Of a stretch of DNA of 64,000 bases, positions 45,386-56,169 are shown in pieces. Source of the stretch: Deltaproteobacteria bacterium (lineage in GTDB: Bacteria; Myxococcota_A; UBA9160; PR03). The stretch is taken from the NCBI GenBank assembly GCA_035063765.1, contig JAPSFT010000010.1, positions 80,401 to 144,400 on the forward strand. Reading direction: 5' to 3'. A model generated the notes under the pieces. It saw only the letters and a program-made list of their open reading frames with translations. It was not told the origin of the DNA and searched no databases. The translations under genes were made by a program, and so were the position numbers. How positions within the stretch are numbered: the first letter of the stretch is position 1; each line of letters begins with the position of its first letter.

Positions 45386-46321
45386 ATGTTCTCCGTCCTC
45401 CTGGATCCGGATCTGGAGGACGACGTGAAGCTCCACGACCCGAGGCCGGCGCTCCCCGCCGCGCGCCGCCTCCCCGTCGCGATGCTGTGTCTATCGCTTG
45501 CGACGGGTGCCGCCGGCTGCCGCCGCGAGCAGGGCGGCCCGGGCGTCTACGACGCCCATGGCGTCGTGGAGTCGGTCGACCACGAGTACGGCCAGGTCGT
45601 GATCCACCACGACGACATCCCGGGCCTGATGCCCGAGATGACGATGAGCTTCGACGTGCCGGACCGGGCCCTGCTCGAGCTGCTCGAGCCGCGCCAGGTC
45701 GTGGACTTCCAGCTCGAGTTCACGGGCAAGGCCTACAACGTGGTGGCGGTGACGCCGCGCGGCACCGCTCCGGACACGGGGCACGACGCCGCGTCGCTCG
45801 ACGACGTCACGCCGCAGGGAGACCCGGCGCCTCCCTTCCGGCTCACCGACCAGGACGGCAACCCGCTCGCGCTCTCCGACCTGCGCGGCAAGGCCGTGCT
45901 GCTCGATTTCATCTACACGAGCTGCCCCGGTCCGTGTCCGATCCTGACGGGCCTGCACGTCGAGGTGCAACGGGCGCTCGCGCCGGCCCTGCGCGATCGC
46001 GTGCGGCTCGTCTCGATCTCGCTCGACCCGCTCCGCGACACGCCCGCCGTCCTGCGCGAGTACGCGCGCAAGCGCGGCGCCGACACCGCCAACTGGTCGT
46101 TCCTGACCGGCACGCAGGGGGAGGTAGAGGCCGTGCTGAAGGCCTACGGGGTCGGCTCGGCCCGCCAGCCCGACGGCACGATCGGCCACCTGGTCGTCAC
46201 CTTCCTGATCGACGGCGAGGGACGCATCGTCGAGCGCTTCGTCGGGCTCGAGGGCCACGATCCGAAGCAGGTGCGCGCCGCGCTCGAGCGGGTGGCGGGC
46301 GCGCGCCCGCCGGCCGGCTGA
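45386..46321 (+). CDS. CusF-like copper-binding domain fused to an SCO1/SenC thioredoxin-fold copper chaperone, lipoprotein
   Basis: Lipobox LSLATGAAGC. CusF pattern HGVVESVDHEYGQVVIHHDDIPGLMPEMTMSFDV. SCO pattern FRLTDQDGNPLALSDLRGKAVLLDFIYTSCPGPCP ... GHLVVTFLIDGEGRI. The alternative GTG start at 45425 follows GGAGGA. Confidence 0.85.
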   Translation: MFSVLLDPDLEDDVKLHDPRPALPAARRLPVAMLCLSLATGAAGCRREQGGPGVYDAHGVVESVDHEYGQVVIHHDDIPGLMPEMTMSFDVPDRALLELLEPRQVVDFQLEFTGKAYNVVAVTPRGTAPDTGHDAASLDDVTPQGDPAPPFRLTDQDGNPLALSDLRGKAVLLDFIYTSCPGPCPILTGLHVEVQRALAPALRDRVRLVSISLDPLRDTPAVLREYARKRGADTANWSFLTGTQGEVEAVLKAYGVGSARQPDGTIGHLVVTFLIDGEGRIVERFVGLEGHDPKQVRAALERVAGARPPAG

Positions 46322-46342
46322 CGCCGCTCCGGGGCGCTCCGC

Positions 46343-48046
46343 TTGGCGATCCGCTACGCGCCCGGGCACGTCTCGCGCCTCGAGCCCAAGCTCGTGACGG
46401 CGCTCCGCGAGGGCTACCCGCTCGAGCGCTTCGGGCGCGACGTGGTGGCCGGCGTGGTGGTCGGCGTCGTCGCGCTCCCGCTCGCGATCGCGTTCGGGAT
46501 CGCTTCGGGCGTGAAGCCCGAGCAGGGGCTCTACACCGCGATCGTGGCCGGCTTCCTGATCTCGGCGCTCGGCGGCTCGCGGGTCCAGATCGGAGGGCCG
46601 ACCGGCGCCTTCATCGTGCTCGTCTACCAGATCGTGCAGAACCACGGCTACGAGGGCCTCGCGATCGCGACCCTGATGGCGGGGCTGATCCTGGTGGCGA
46701 TGGGCTTTGCGCGGCTGGGGACGGTGATCCAGTTCGTGCCGTACCCGGTGACGGTGGGATTCACGTCGGGGATCGCGCTGCTCATCGCGATGTCCCAGGG
46801 ACGCGACCTGCTGGGGCTGCGCATGGCCTCCGTGCCGGCCGGCTTCCTCGAGAAGATCGCGGCCTTCGCCGCCCACGCCGCCACCTGGAATCCATGGGCC
46901 CTGGCGATCGGGCTCGGCAGCGCGGCGGTCATCTGGTGGTGGCCGCGCATCTCGCTGCGCGTCCCGGGCCCGCTCGTCGCGCTGCTGGCCGCCACCGCCG
47001 CGGTAGCGCTGCTGGACCTGCCCGTGGAGACGATCGGCAGCCGCTTCGGCAGCGTCCCGACCACCCTGCCGGCCCCGCGCATGCCGCTCGTCGAGTGGAG
47101 CGAGCTGCGCGAACTGGTGCAGCCGGCGATCGCGATCGCGCTGCTGGCCGCGATCGAGTCGCTGCTCTCGGCCGTCGTCGCCGACGGCATGCTCGAGACG
47201 CGCCACCGCCCGAACATGGAGCTGGTGGCGCAGGGGATCGCGAACCTGGCCTCGCCGCTCTTCGGCGGGATCCCGGCCACCGGCGCGATCGCGCGCACCG
47301 CCACCAACGTGAAGGCGGGCGGGCGCACGCCGGTGGCGGGCATGGTCCACGCGCTCGTGCTGCTCGCGATCCTGCTCTTCTTCGGCGAGCAGGCCGCGCG
47401 CATCCCGATGGCGTCGCTCGCCGGCATCCTGCTGGTCGTGGCCTGGAACATGGGCGAGTGGGAGCACTTCCTGCACCTGTTCCGCAGCCCGCGCAGCGAC
47501 GTGGCGGTGCTGCTCACCACCTTCCTGCTCACCGTGCTCGTGGACCTCACCGTGGCCCTGCAGGCGGGCATCGTGCTGGCGGCCCTGCTCTTCCTGCGCC
47601 GGATGGCCACCACGAGCGAGGCCGGCTACGTGACGGGCTCGCTCGCCGAGACCGAGGACCCCGAGGACCCGCTCGCGATCTCGCGCCGCGAGGTGCCGCC
47701 CGGGGTCGAGGTCTTCGAGGTCAAGGGGGCGCTCTTCTTCGGCGCGGCCACGAAGTTCCGCGACGCGCTCGGCTCCGTCGAGGCGTCGCCGCGGGTCCTG
47801 ATCCTGCGCCTGCGCCACGTGCTCAGCGTCGACGCCACCGGCCTGCGGGCGGTCGAGGTGCTGCTCGACGAATGCCGGCGCAAGGGCACGGCGCTCGTGC
47901 TCTCGGGCGTCCACGCACAGCCGTTGGTGGCGCTCGAGCGCAGCGGCCTGCTCGCGCGGATCGGGGCCGAGAACGCGCACCCCGACATCGACGCGGCGCT
48001 CGGCCGCGCGCGCGAGATCCTGGGCATCCCGGCCACGGGCCGCTAG
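46343..48046 (+). CDS. SulP family inorganic anion transporter with C-terminal STAS domain
   Basis: 567 aa with TTG start. Motifs [18 protein letters not shown] and [33 protein letters not shown] tail [13 protein letters not shown]...LILRLRHV. Confidence 0.9.
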   Translation: MAIRYAPGHVSRLEPKLVTALREGYPLERFGRDVVAGVVVGVVALPLAIAFGIASGVKPEQGLYTAIVAGFLISALGGSRVQIGGPTGAFIVLVYQIVQNHGYEGLAIATLMAGLILVAMGFARLGTVIQFVPYPVTVGFTSGIALLIAMSQGRDLLGLRMASVPAGFLEKIAAFAAHAATWNPWALAIGLGSAAVIWWWPRISLRVPGPLVALLAATAAVALLDLPVETIGSRFGSVPTTLPAPRMPLVEWSELRELVQPAIAIALLAAIESLLSAVVADGMLETRHRPNMELVAQGIANLASPLFGGIPATGAIARTATNVKAGGRTPVAGMVHALVLLAILLFFGEQAARIPMASLAGILLVVAWNMGEWEHFLHLFRSPRSDVAVLLTTFLLTVLVDLTVALQAGIVLAALLFLRRMATTSEAGYVTGSLAETEDPEDPLAISRREVPPGVEVFEVKGALFFGAATKFRDALGSVEASPRVLILRLRHVLSVDATGLRAVEVLLDECRRKGTALVLSGVHAQPLVALERSGLLARIGAENAHPDIDAALGRAREILGIPATGR

Positions 48047-48065
48047 GTCTCCGCGAGTGGGTCGG

Positions 48066-48413
48066 TCAGCCGGCGCTGGCGTGCGGGTGGACCGTCGCTT
48101 CGCCGGCGCGCAGGCCGAGCGGATGGCGCGCCGGGCGGCGCGACCAGCGCGACAGGCCCGCCAGGATCCCGGAGAGCAGGCGCGCGAGCCAGCCGTCCAC
48201 CACGACGCGCTCGCCGAGCCGGGGCGCGAAGGGCAGATGCGCCGGCTCGCTGCTGCTGCGATGGACCACCCGCGGCGGGTAGCCGGCGTAGCAGTAGGGG
48301 CACTTCCCGGTCCGGGTGGGCACGAACATCCTGCTGCCGCAGCCCTCGCAGTGCGGGGACTCGCTGCGCGCGAGCGCGCGGATCAGGAACGCGTTCGGAA
48401 TCTCGTGGAGCAT
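48066..48413 (-). CDS. Small zinc-ribbon protein (115 aa), hypothetical
   Basis: ATG 48411-48413 lies 9 nt after [15 protein letters not shown]-x11-CPYC four-Cys knuckle pair, then an amphipathic/hydrophobic stretch [15 protein letters not shown]3 is very high. I prefer it over the overlapping Arg/Pro-rich ORF 48043-48477. Confidence 0.5.
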   Translation of the reverse strand: MLHEIPNAFLIRALARSESPHCEGCGSRMFVPTRTGKCPYCYAGYPPRVVHRSSSEPAHLPFAPRLGERVVVDGWLARLLSGILAGLSRWSRRPARHPLGLRAGEATVHPHASAG

Positions 48414-48644
48414 CGTCGGAGACCTCCCCCTCACCCTCCGTGGGTGGCGCGGGGGATGACGGGGGTGACACCTGCACGCCGGCTGCGTGCGGCAGGTGCG
48501 GCGTCCAGGCGCCGGCCCGCCCGGGCCTTCGGGCCGGCGATCGCGTCGGCGCCGGCGGATCGACCCCCGGCGGGAACCCTGGACTTCCGGTCTCGCGGAG
48601 GGCAGCTTCCCGGTGGTTCCTCGACCCCGAAGGGAGTCCCCGCG

Positions 48645-49535
48645 ATGAAGCGCGTCCTGCTCTTCCTGCTCACCAACATCGCCGTCCTGCTGGTGCTCTC
48701 GCTCACCCTCCGACTGCTCGGCTTCGAGGGCTTCCTCGCCCAGAACGGGGTCGACCTGGCGCTGCCCCAGCTGCTGCTCTTCGCGGCCGTCTTCGGGATG
48801 GGCGGTTCGTTCGTCTCGCTCGCGATGTCGAAATGGATCGCCAAGCGCGCGACCGGCGCGCAGGTGATCACCGATCCGCGGAGTCCCGCCGAGCAGTGGC
48901 TCGTCGAGACCGTCCGCCAGCAGGCGCAGGCCGCCGGCATCGGCATGCCGGAGGTGGCGATCTTCCCGGCCGCCGAGCCCAACGCCTTCGCGACGGGGGC
49001 CCGCCGCGACGCGGCGCTGGTCGCGGTCAGCACGGGCCTGCTCGAGCGCATGGACCGCGCCGAGGTCGAGGCCGTCCTCGGCCACGAGGTCAGCCACGTC
49101 GCCAACGGCGACATGGTCACGCTCGCCCTGATCCAGGGCGTCGTGAACACCTTCGTGCTGTTCCTCTCGCGCGTGATCGGCCACGTCGTCGACCGGGCGG
49201 TCTTCCGGACCGAGGAGGGCCACGGTCCCGGCTTCTGGATCGTCACGATCGTCGCCCAGCTGCTGCTCGGGATCCTCGCCAGCATCGTGGTGTTCTGGTT
49301 CTCGCGGCGCCGCGAGTTCCGAGCCGACGCGGGTGGCGCGCGCCTGGCGGGCGCGCCCAGCATGATCGCCGCGCTCGAGCGCCTGCGCGCGGTCGCGGGC
49401 GGCCCCGAGACGATGCCCGACTCGCTGCGCGCGTTCGGGATCCGGGGCGGGCGCCGGCCCGGGTGGATGCGGCTCTTCGCGAGCCATCCGCCGCTCGAGG
49501 AGCGCATCGCCGCGCTGCGTCGCACCGCGGCGTAG
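48645..49535 (+). CDS. htpX: Membrane zinc metalloprotease HtpX
   Basis: 296 aa. [18 protein letters not shown]..., [10 protein letters not shown] (HExxH), and C-terminal EFRADAGGA...SHPPLEERI. Confidence 0.95.
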   Translation: MKRVLLFLLTNIAVLLVLSLTLRLLGFEGFLAQNGVDLALPQLLLFAAVFGMGGSFVSLAMSKWIAKRATGAQVITDPRSPAEQWLVETVRQQAQAAGIGMPEVAIFPAAEPNAFATGARRDAALVAVSTGLLERMDRAEVEAVLGHEVSHVANGDMVTLALIQGVVNTFVLFLSRVIGHVVDRAVFRTEEGHGPGFWIVTIVAQLLLGILASIVVFWFSRRREFRADAGGARLAGAPSMIAALERLRAVAGGPETMPDSLRAFGIRGGRRPGWMRLFASHPPLEERIAALRRTAA

Positions 49536-49550
49536 GCGCTACGCGCGCGG

Positions 49551-51056
49551 CTACTCCGCCGGGAGCGTCAACCGGAACACCTCTTCCCCGCGCCCGTTCA
49601 CGACCCGCGCCGTGAGCGCACCGTCGGCCGCCACGTCGAGCACTCCGAAGCTGAACCAGCGTTCGGCCTCGGCCAGCGTGGTGACGGCGCCCGCGTCGGC
49701 GGGCGCGTAGTAGAGCAGGCGCTCGGGACGGAGCGTCGGATCGACGGTGGGAGTCGGGAAGAGACCCGCATGGAGCGGCCCGGCGGCGAGCTCGTAGAAG
49801 CGGAAGCCGGGTGCGTCGGCGAAGGGCGCGTAGCGGAAGGCGGCGGCGAAGTGCGTGCCGGCGCTGAGCCAGAGCAGGTTGCGGACGCCGGCGCGCTCGA
49901 ACCAGCGGAGGATCGCGATCAGCTCGCGCTCGAAGCCGCCGTCGGTGCCCTGGTCGGCCCAGCCGTCGCGGCCGCTCTCGATCGAGCCGGTCGGGATCGC
50001 GAGCGGGACACTCGATACCACGACCTTCCAGGTGGCGTCGGAGCCGGGCAGGGCGTGTTCGAGCCAGCGGCGCTGCCTGGTACCGAGCAGGGTCTTCGGA
50101 ACCGCTCCGGTGTCGGGCATGCCGTTCGGGTCCCGGTACGAACGCGTGTCGAGCACGAAGAGCTCGAGGTGGCGGCCCCAGCGCAGCCGCCGCTGCAGCC
50201 GCTCGGTGTCGTCGAGCGGGTTCCACTCGACGAAGGCCCGGCGCGCGAGCGGCAGCAGCGGTACGCCGGCGCGGTAGGGCGGCTCGGAGCGGGCGTCGTG
50301 ATGGGGGCCGGCGTCGTTCACGATCTCGTGATCGTCCCAGACGGCGACGCTGGGCGTCGTCGCGAGCAGGACGCGCAGGCCCGGGTCCTCGCGGTTGTAG
50401 CGCCAGTGGGCACGGAAGCCGTCGAGGTCCACCGCCGGCCCGAACTCGCCCGGCACCTGGGGATTGCCGTAGAGGCCGATCGCGTGGCAGACGTCGTCGG
50501 CGTAGATCATGTCGCCGAGCGCGACGAAGAGATCGGGGCGCTCGGCGAACACGTGGGCGAGGATCGGGTAGCCCGCGCGGGCGTCGCGGCAGGCGCCCTG
50601 TCCACCGAGGTCGCCGCTCCAGGCGACGCGCACCGGCCTCGGCTCGTCCGGCGCCGGTGCGGTGCGGAACGACGCGGCGGCCGGCGAGCCGACCTGCTCC
50701 TGCGCATCGCGGAAGCGCACGATGGCCCGGTACGCCGTCCCGGGCTGCAGGCCGTCGACCACGATCCGGCCTGCGAAGTCGCTCTCGGCGTCTACGGGGA
50801 TCTGGGCCTCGTGGACGACGACGGGCGTCTCGCGGTCCAGGCGTTCGACGACCAGGTGCAGGCGCGCGGGCCGGTCCGTGCGCGACCAGACCACGGCGCG
50901 CCGGGCGCCCGCTGCGCCGACCGCGACGCCGTGGGTCGGGCGCGGATCGACGTGCTCGCCGGGCCCCGTCGCTCGCGCACAGGCAGCGACCAGTGCCAGG
51001 GCGGTGAGGCCTGCGGCGTGCGCGAGTGTCGCGCGGGCGACTCGGATGGAACCCAT
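49551..51056 (-). CDS. Alkaline phosphatase D family (PhoD-like metallophosphatase), lipoprotein
   Basis: 501 aa from ATG 51054-51056. Lipobox ALALVAAC. N-terminal FN3-like domain. Motifs WSGDLGGQG, LGDMIYAD and VWDDHEIVND. Confidence 0.85.
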   Translation of the reverse strand: MGSIRVARATLAHAAGLTALALVAACARATGPGEHVDPRPTHGVAVGAAGARRAVVWSRTDRPARLHLVVERLDRETPVVVHEAQIPVDAESDFAGRIVVDGLQPGTAYRAIVRFRDAQEQVGSPAAASFRTAPAPDEPRPVRVAWSGDLGGQGACRDARAGYPILAHVFAERPDLFVALGDMIYADDVCHAIGLYGNPQVPGEFGPAVDLDGFRAHWRYNREDPGLRVLLATTPSVAVWDDHEIVNDAGPHHDARSEPPYRAGVPLLPLARRAFVEWNPLDDTERLQRRLRWGRHLELFVLDTRSYRDPNGMPDTGAVPKTLLGTRQRRWLEHALPGSDATWKVVVSSVPLAIPTGSIESGRDGWADQGTDGGFERELIAILRWFERAGVRNLLWLSAGTHFAAAFRYAPFADAPGFRFYELAAGPLHAGLFPTPTVDPTLRPERLLYYAPADAGAVTTLAEAERWFSFGVLDVAADGALTARVVNGRGEEVFRLTLPAE

Positions 51057-51078
51057 CCCCCGCCCGCCGGGGCCGCGA

Positions 51079-51276
51079 TCAGGCGGCCTGGCGACGCGGC
51101 GTCGAGAGCAGCCCGCGCAGGCGCGCGAGCAGGCCGAGCCGGCCGGCGGCACGGGCCAGGCGCTCGCGCTCGCGGAGCTCGCGCGCCTGCCGGCGCAGCT
51201 CGGCGCGGCGGAGCGCGTCCACGATGTCGAACGACGAGATCATTCCGTAGCGGTCGGTCTGGTAGCGAAGCGCCAT
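51079..51276 (-). CDS. Small Arg-rich hypothetical protein (65 aa)
   Basis: ATG is preceded by GAGGAGG. High GC3. No family recognised. Lies 22 nt upstream of phoD on the same strand. Confidence 0.35.
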   Translation of the reverse strand: MALRYQTDRYGMISSFDIVDALRRAELRRQARELRERERLARAAGRLGLLARLRGLLSTPRRQAA

Positions 51277-51330
51277 CTCCGAGGAGCCTCCTCACCCCCA
51301 CGCGGCCTAGGATGCCGATTCTCGAGCGAA

Positions 51331-51346
51331 ATGACAAAGCTGTCAT
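51331..51346. promoter_or_regulatory. Inverted repeat ATGACA-aagc-TGTCAT, candidate operator upstream of the FHA gene
   Basis: Perfect 6-bp arms, extendable to 9 bp with one mismatch (GAAATGACA/TGTCATCTC), in a locally AT-richer stretch about 120 nt upstream of 51464. Confidence 0.3.
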
Positions 51347-51463
51347 CTCGACGGGTGGTTACGCCAGGGATTCCGGTGGCTTGCCGGGGACTTCGGAAGC
51401 CCGGCTGCAGACCGCGACCGGACGCAGGCCCCCAGGGTTCAAGTCCTCGACTGCGACGGGCCG

Positions 51464-52992
51464 ATGAGATCGCCCATGAGCGGGCTCGTCGTCGATCTGC
51501 TCTTCCAGGGCAAGCTGGTCCGGACCGTGTCCTTCGACCGGCCGGTGCTGCGCATCGGCCGCATGCGCGAGAACGACATCGTGGTCGACAACGTCGCGGT
51601 GAGCCGTTTCCACGCCCGGCTCCAGCTCGAGGCGGGCCGGGTGTTCCTCGAGGACGGCGGCAGCGAAAACGGCAGCTGGGTGAACGACCAGCGCGTGCGG
51701 GGCCGGGTCGAGGTCGCACCGGGCGACCGCATCGTGATCGGCAAGCACCAGCTCCGCGTGCGCTCGCGCCACATCGGCGAGCCGTCGCTCGACGACGCGC
51801 CCACCACGCCGCCCGAGTCTCTGCAACACGGCGATCTGCGCAGCGATCCCTGGGACGCGCGCGAAACCTATCTCGCCGGGCCCGAGACGCGCGCGAAGCT
51901 GCAGCAGGCGGGTGCGGCGCCGCCGCTCGCGCTGCGCGAGCCCATCGTCGACGGATCTTCCATCGAGGACTCCATCGCCGCGATGCCCGGGGAGTCCGAG
52001 GAGCTCGAACCGATGTCCGATGCGGGTTTCACCGACGCCCTCGACCGGGACGCCCTCGACTTCGCGTCCGGGAAGCTCGCCAGGCCCGGGGAGGTCGAGG
52101 AGTTCGCAGCGCTCGAGGAGCGCGCCGAGCTGTCGGTGCCCGCGGAGCTCGCCGACCTCGAGCCGGCCGGGGACGGCGAGGAAGGCGACGTGCCGGCCGC
52201 CACCGTGCTGCTCGGCGAGGAGGACGTCGACGAGGCGCTCGCTCCGGCCGCAGCCACGTCCCTCCACGCGGGCCTGATCGTGCAGCGCGAAGGGAAGATC
52301 GAGCGCGTCGTGCCCTGGGAGGGCGACGCCTTCACGGTCGGCCGCTCCGCCGAGTGCGACCTCGTGCTCGGGCAGGACGAGGTCTCGCGCCGCCACGCCC
52401 GCTTCGTTCGCCACGGCGACCGCTACGAGGTCCACGACCTGGGCTCCGTGAACGGCACGCTCGTGAACGGCAAGCGCGCCGAGCGTCACGACCTCGCGGT
52501 GGGCGACGTGATCGCGATCGAGAGCTTCCAGCTCACCTTCGTGCTCGACCGCGAGCCGATCACGGGCGCGATGAAGCCCGCACCGCCGAAGCCGACCGTG
52601 CCGATGCTCGACGGCGCCCGCGACACCTTCGCGATGACGATCCTGCAGGAGGTGATGCCGGCGGGTGCGCTCGACGCGCCGGCGCGACGCAACGAGGCGA
52701 CGATCGCCAACATCACCCTCGAGGAGGACCCGCTCGAGGCGCCCGACGTCCTCGACGAGCCCTTCGCCGAGCCCTCGATCGACGAACGCAAGGAGCTCGC
52801 CACGGCGCAGCCGCGCGGCTCGTCGCGCGCGGCGTCGGTGCAGGATCTCGGCCCCGCCGCCGCGCCTTCGCCGACGATCACGATCGAGCTGCGGCTGCGC
52901 ACCGACCAGCTCCCCGAGCCGCTTCGCCGCGCTCTCGAGGAGGCCGGCACCGCCGAGCTCGTGATCCCCGCCGACCTCCGCCTGCGGAGCGC

Positions 52993-52996
<4 letters not shown>
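51464..52996 (+). CDS. Double FHA-domain protein
   Basis: 510 aa. FHA 1: LRIGRMRENDIVVDNVAVSRFHARL...GSENGSWVND. Acidic linker. FHA 2: FTVGRSAECDLVLGQDEVSRRHARF...GSVNGTLVNG. Alternative start ATG 51476. Confidence 0.9.
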
Positions 52997-54744
<1,748 letters not shown>

Positions 54745-54825
54745 CCGGGCACCGTCCCGGCGTAGCGCATCGGCCGGCCCCGGCCGGTTCTTGAAGGGGG
54801 TCCCGGAGCCGGTTCCCGAAGCGCC

Positions 54826-54843
54826 GCAGGGGGCTCCCCCTGC
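54826..54843. promoter_or_regulatory. 18-bp palindrome GCAGGGGG-ct-CCCCCTGC in a divergent intergenic region
   Basis: Perfect 8-bp arms between the histidine kinase start (54744) and the AMIN gene start (54959). Confidence 0.25.
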
Positions 54844-54958
54844 CCCTGCCGGCCGGCTGCCGGCTGGCGGCGCGGCGCCCCTGGAGACACCGAATGGAGT
54901 CGATCGCCACGCACCGGCCGGCTGCGCCACCCTCCCTTCGGGACCCGGAGGAGCGCGC

Positions 54959-56119
54959 GTGCTCGGACCCATCGCCCGATCGGGCCCGGTCGCCCTGGCC
55001 GGGTGGCTGGCGGCCGCCGTGCTGGCGGCCGGTACGGCCGGGGCCGCGCAGCTCGTGGACGTGCGCGTGGGGCGCCACCCCGAGTACGTGCGGGTGGTGT
55101 TCGAAACCGACGCGCCGGCCGCCTTCGTGGTCGAGCCGGGTGAGCCCGGCGAGAGCCGGGTCCGGATCGGAGCCGGCGCCCCCGAGGCGTTCTCGCTGCC
55201 GCCGGGTGCTGGCGCCGAGCTGACGCTCGAGCCGCTACCCGGCGGCGCCACGCTGGCCCGGATCCGCACCCGCTCGCCGGTACGCGTGGAGAGCCAGGTC
55301 CTCGACCACCCGCCGCGGATCGTCCTCGACCTGCGGCCCGGCGCTGCCGAACCGCCTCCGCTCGCGGCCGCGGAGCCCGTCGAGCCGCCGGCTTCTCCGC
55401 CTGCACCCGCTCCTCCAACGGTCACGGCGGCTCCTCCTGCGGAACCCGCTCCCGAACCGGTTCCGGCACCCATTCCGGAGCCTGTCGCCGCCCCGGTTCC
55501 GGGGGCTGCCCCGCAGCCCGTCCCGGCACCCGTCTCCGTACCGGCTCCGGGCGCCGCGCCTGCACCGGCTACCGGGGTGGAGCCACCGCCGGTGTCGGCG
55601 GCGCCGCCGGCGGCGCTGGCACCGCGCGTCCCCGGCCGTTCGATCCTGCTCGGTGTCGGTGCCGCCCTCGCGCTCGGGGTCGGCGCCGGGCTCCTGGCGC
55701 GCAGTCGGCGCCGGGCGGTAGCCCCTCGGCGGCCGGCCGCGAGCTCGCTTCCTCCGATGGCTCCCATGGAGGTGGAGGTGGTGGAGGATGCTCCCGAGCC
55801 GGAGCCGCACGCGCCAGCCGAGCCCCCGCCGCTGCAGCTCGCGCCCTGGCAAGCGGGAGACCCCCTCGCGGCAGACCTGCTCGGGATGATCCAGCGCCTC
55901 GACGATCGCCTGGCGGGCGCCGAGCAGGCGCTCGCTGCGCTCGCCGAGCGGGCCGATCGGCTCGAACGCCGCACGGAGGCGGGGATCGAGGAGTTGTCCT
56001 CCCAGCGCGTCGCCCTGGCGCGCCTCGGCCAGGCGTTGGGGCGCCCCCTCGGCAAGCCGGATCCGACCCGCCCGGCCGGGCCCCCGGCTGCTGCGACCGA
56101 CCCTCCGCGTTCGAGCTGA
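54959..56119 (+). CDS. AMIN domain protein with Pro-rich linker, single TM helix and C-terminal coiled coil
   Basis: GTG 54959 lies 5 nt after GGAGGAG at 54947-54953. Signal peptide ALAGWLAAAVLAAGTAGA. AMIN pattern VDVRVGRHPEYVRVVFETDAP...ARIRTRSPVRVESQVLDHPPRIVLDL. PAPEPVPAP-type linker. TM helix ILLGVGAALALGVGAGLLA. Helical tail. Confidence 0.7.
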   Translation: MLGPIARSGPVALAGWLAAAVLAAGTAGAAQLVDVRVGRHPEYVRVVFETDAPAAFVVEPGEPGESRVRIGAGAPEAFSLPPGAGAELTLEPLPGGATLARIRTRSPVRVESQVLDHPPRIVLDLRPGAAEPPPLAAAEPVEPPASPPAPAPPTVTAAPPAEPAPEPVPAPIPEPVAAPVPGAAPQPVPAPVSVPAPGAAPAPATGVEPPPVSAAPPAALAPRVPGRSILLGVGAALALGVGAGLLARSRRRAVAPRRPAASSLPPMAPMEVEVVEDAPEPEPHAPAEPPPLQLAPWQAGDPLAADLLGMIQRLDDRLAGAEQALAALAERADRLERRTEAGIEELSSQRVALARLGQALGRPLGKPDPTRPAGPPAAATDPPRSS

Positions 56120-56169
56120 TCGCGCGTCCGGCCGCGAGCTTCAAGTCCCCGCCGGGGCTACCCGATCGA

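Noticed and set aside
48043-48477. A 144-aa minus-strand ORF overlapping the zinc-ribbon ORF in another frame.
   Set aside because: Its product is Arg/Pro-rich with no structure-like pattern. The competing frame (48066-48413) has an SD, very high GC3 and a four-Cys motif.
51057-51152. The longer PhoD start at 51152 (MPPAGSACSR…).
   Set aside because: The extension is Cys/Arg/Gly-rich and overlaps the upstream small ORF. Starting at MGSIRV gives a proper lipoprotein signal (ALALVAAC).
51436-51446. tRNA T-loop-like motif GGTTCAAGTCC upstream of the FHA gene, considered as a possible tRNA, tmRNA or att remnant.
   Set aside because: The flanking bases do not form a 5-bp T-stem (CAGGG versus CCTCG). 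No acceptor stem, anticodon arm or CCA context can be built from the surrounding 90 nt, and the spacer is too short for tmRNA.
55330-55640. The Pro/Ala-rich region of the AMIN gene as a possible DNA tandem repeat or contingency locus.
   Set aside because: The nucleotide sequence is low-complexity but has no exact repeat unit. The peptide periodicity (PAP/EPV) is irregular, consistent with a disordered linker rather than a slippage-prone repeat.
54745-56055. A 437-codon N-terminal extension of the histidine kinase ORF (ORF 52993-56055).
   Set aside because: The extension is Gly/Ala/Ser/Pro/Arg low-complexity sequence and is antisense to the well-supported AMIN gene. The kinase 7TM domain begins right at GVNTYLLLPLL, with a GTG at 54744.
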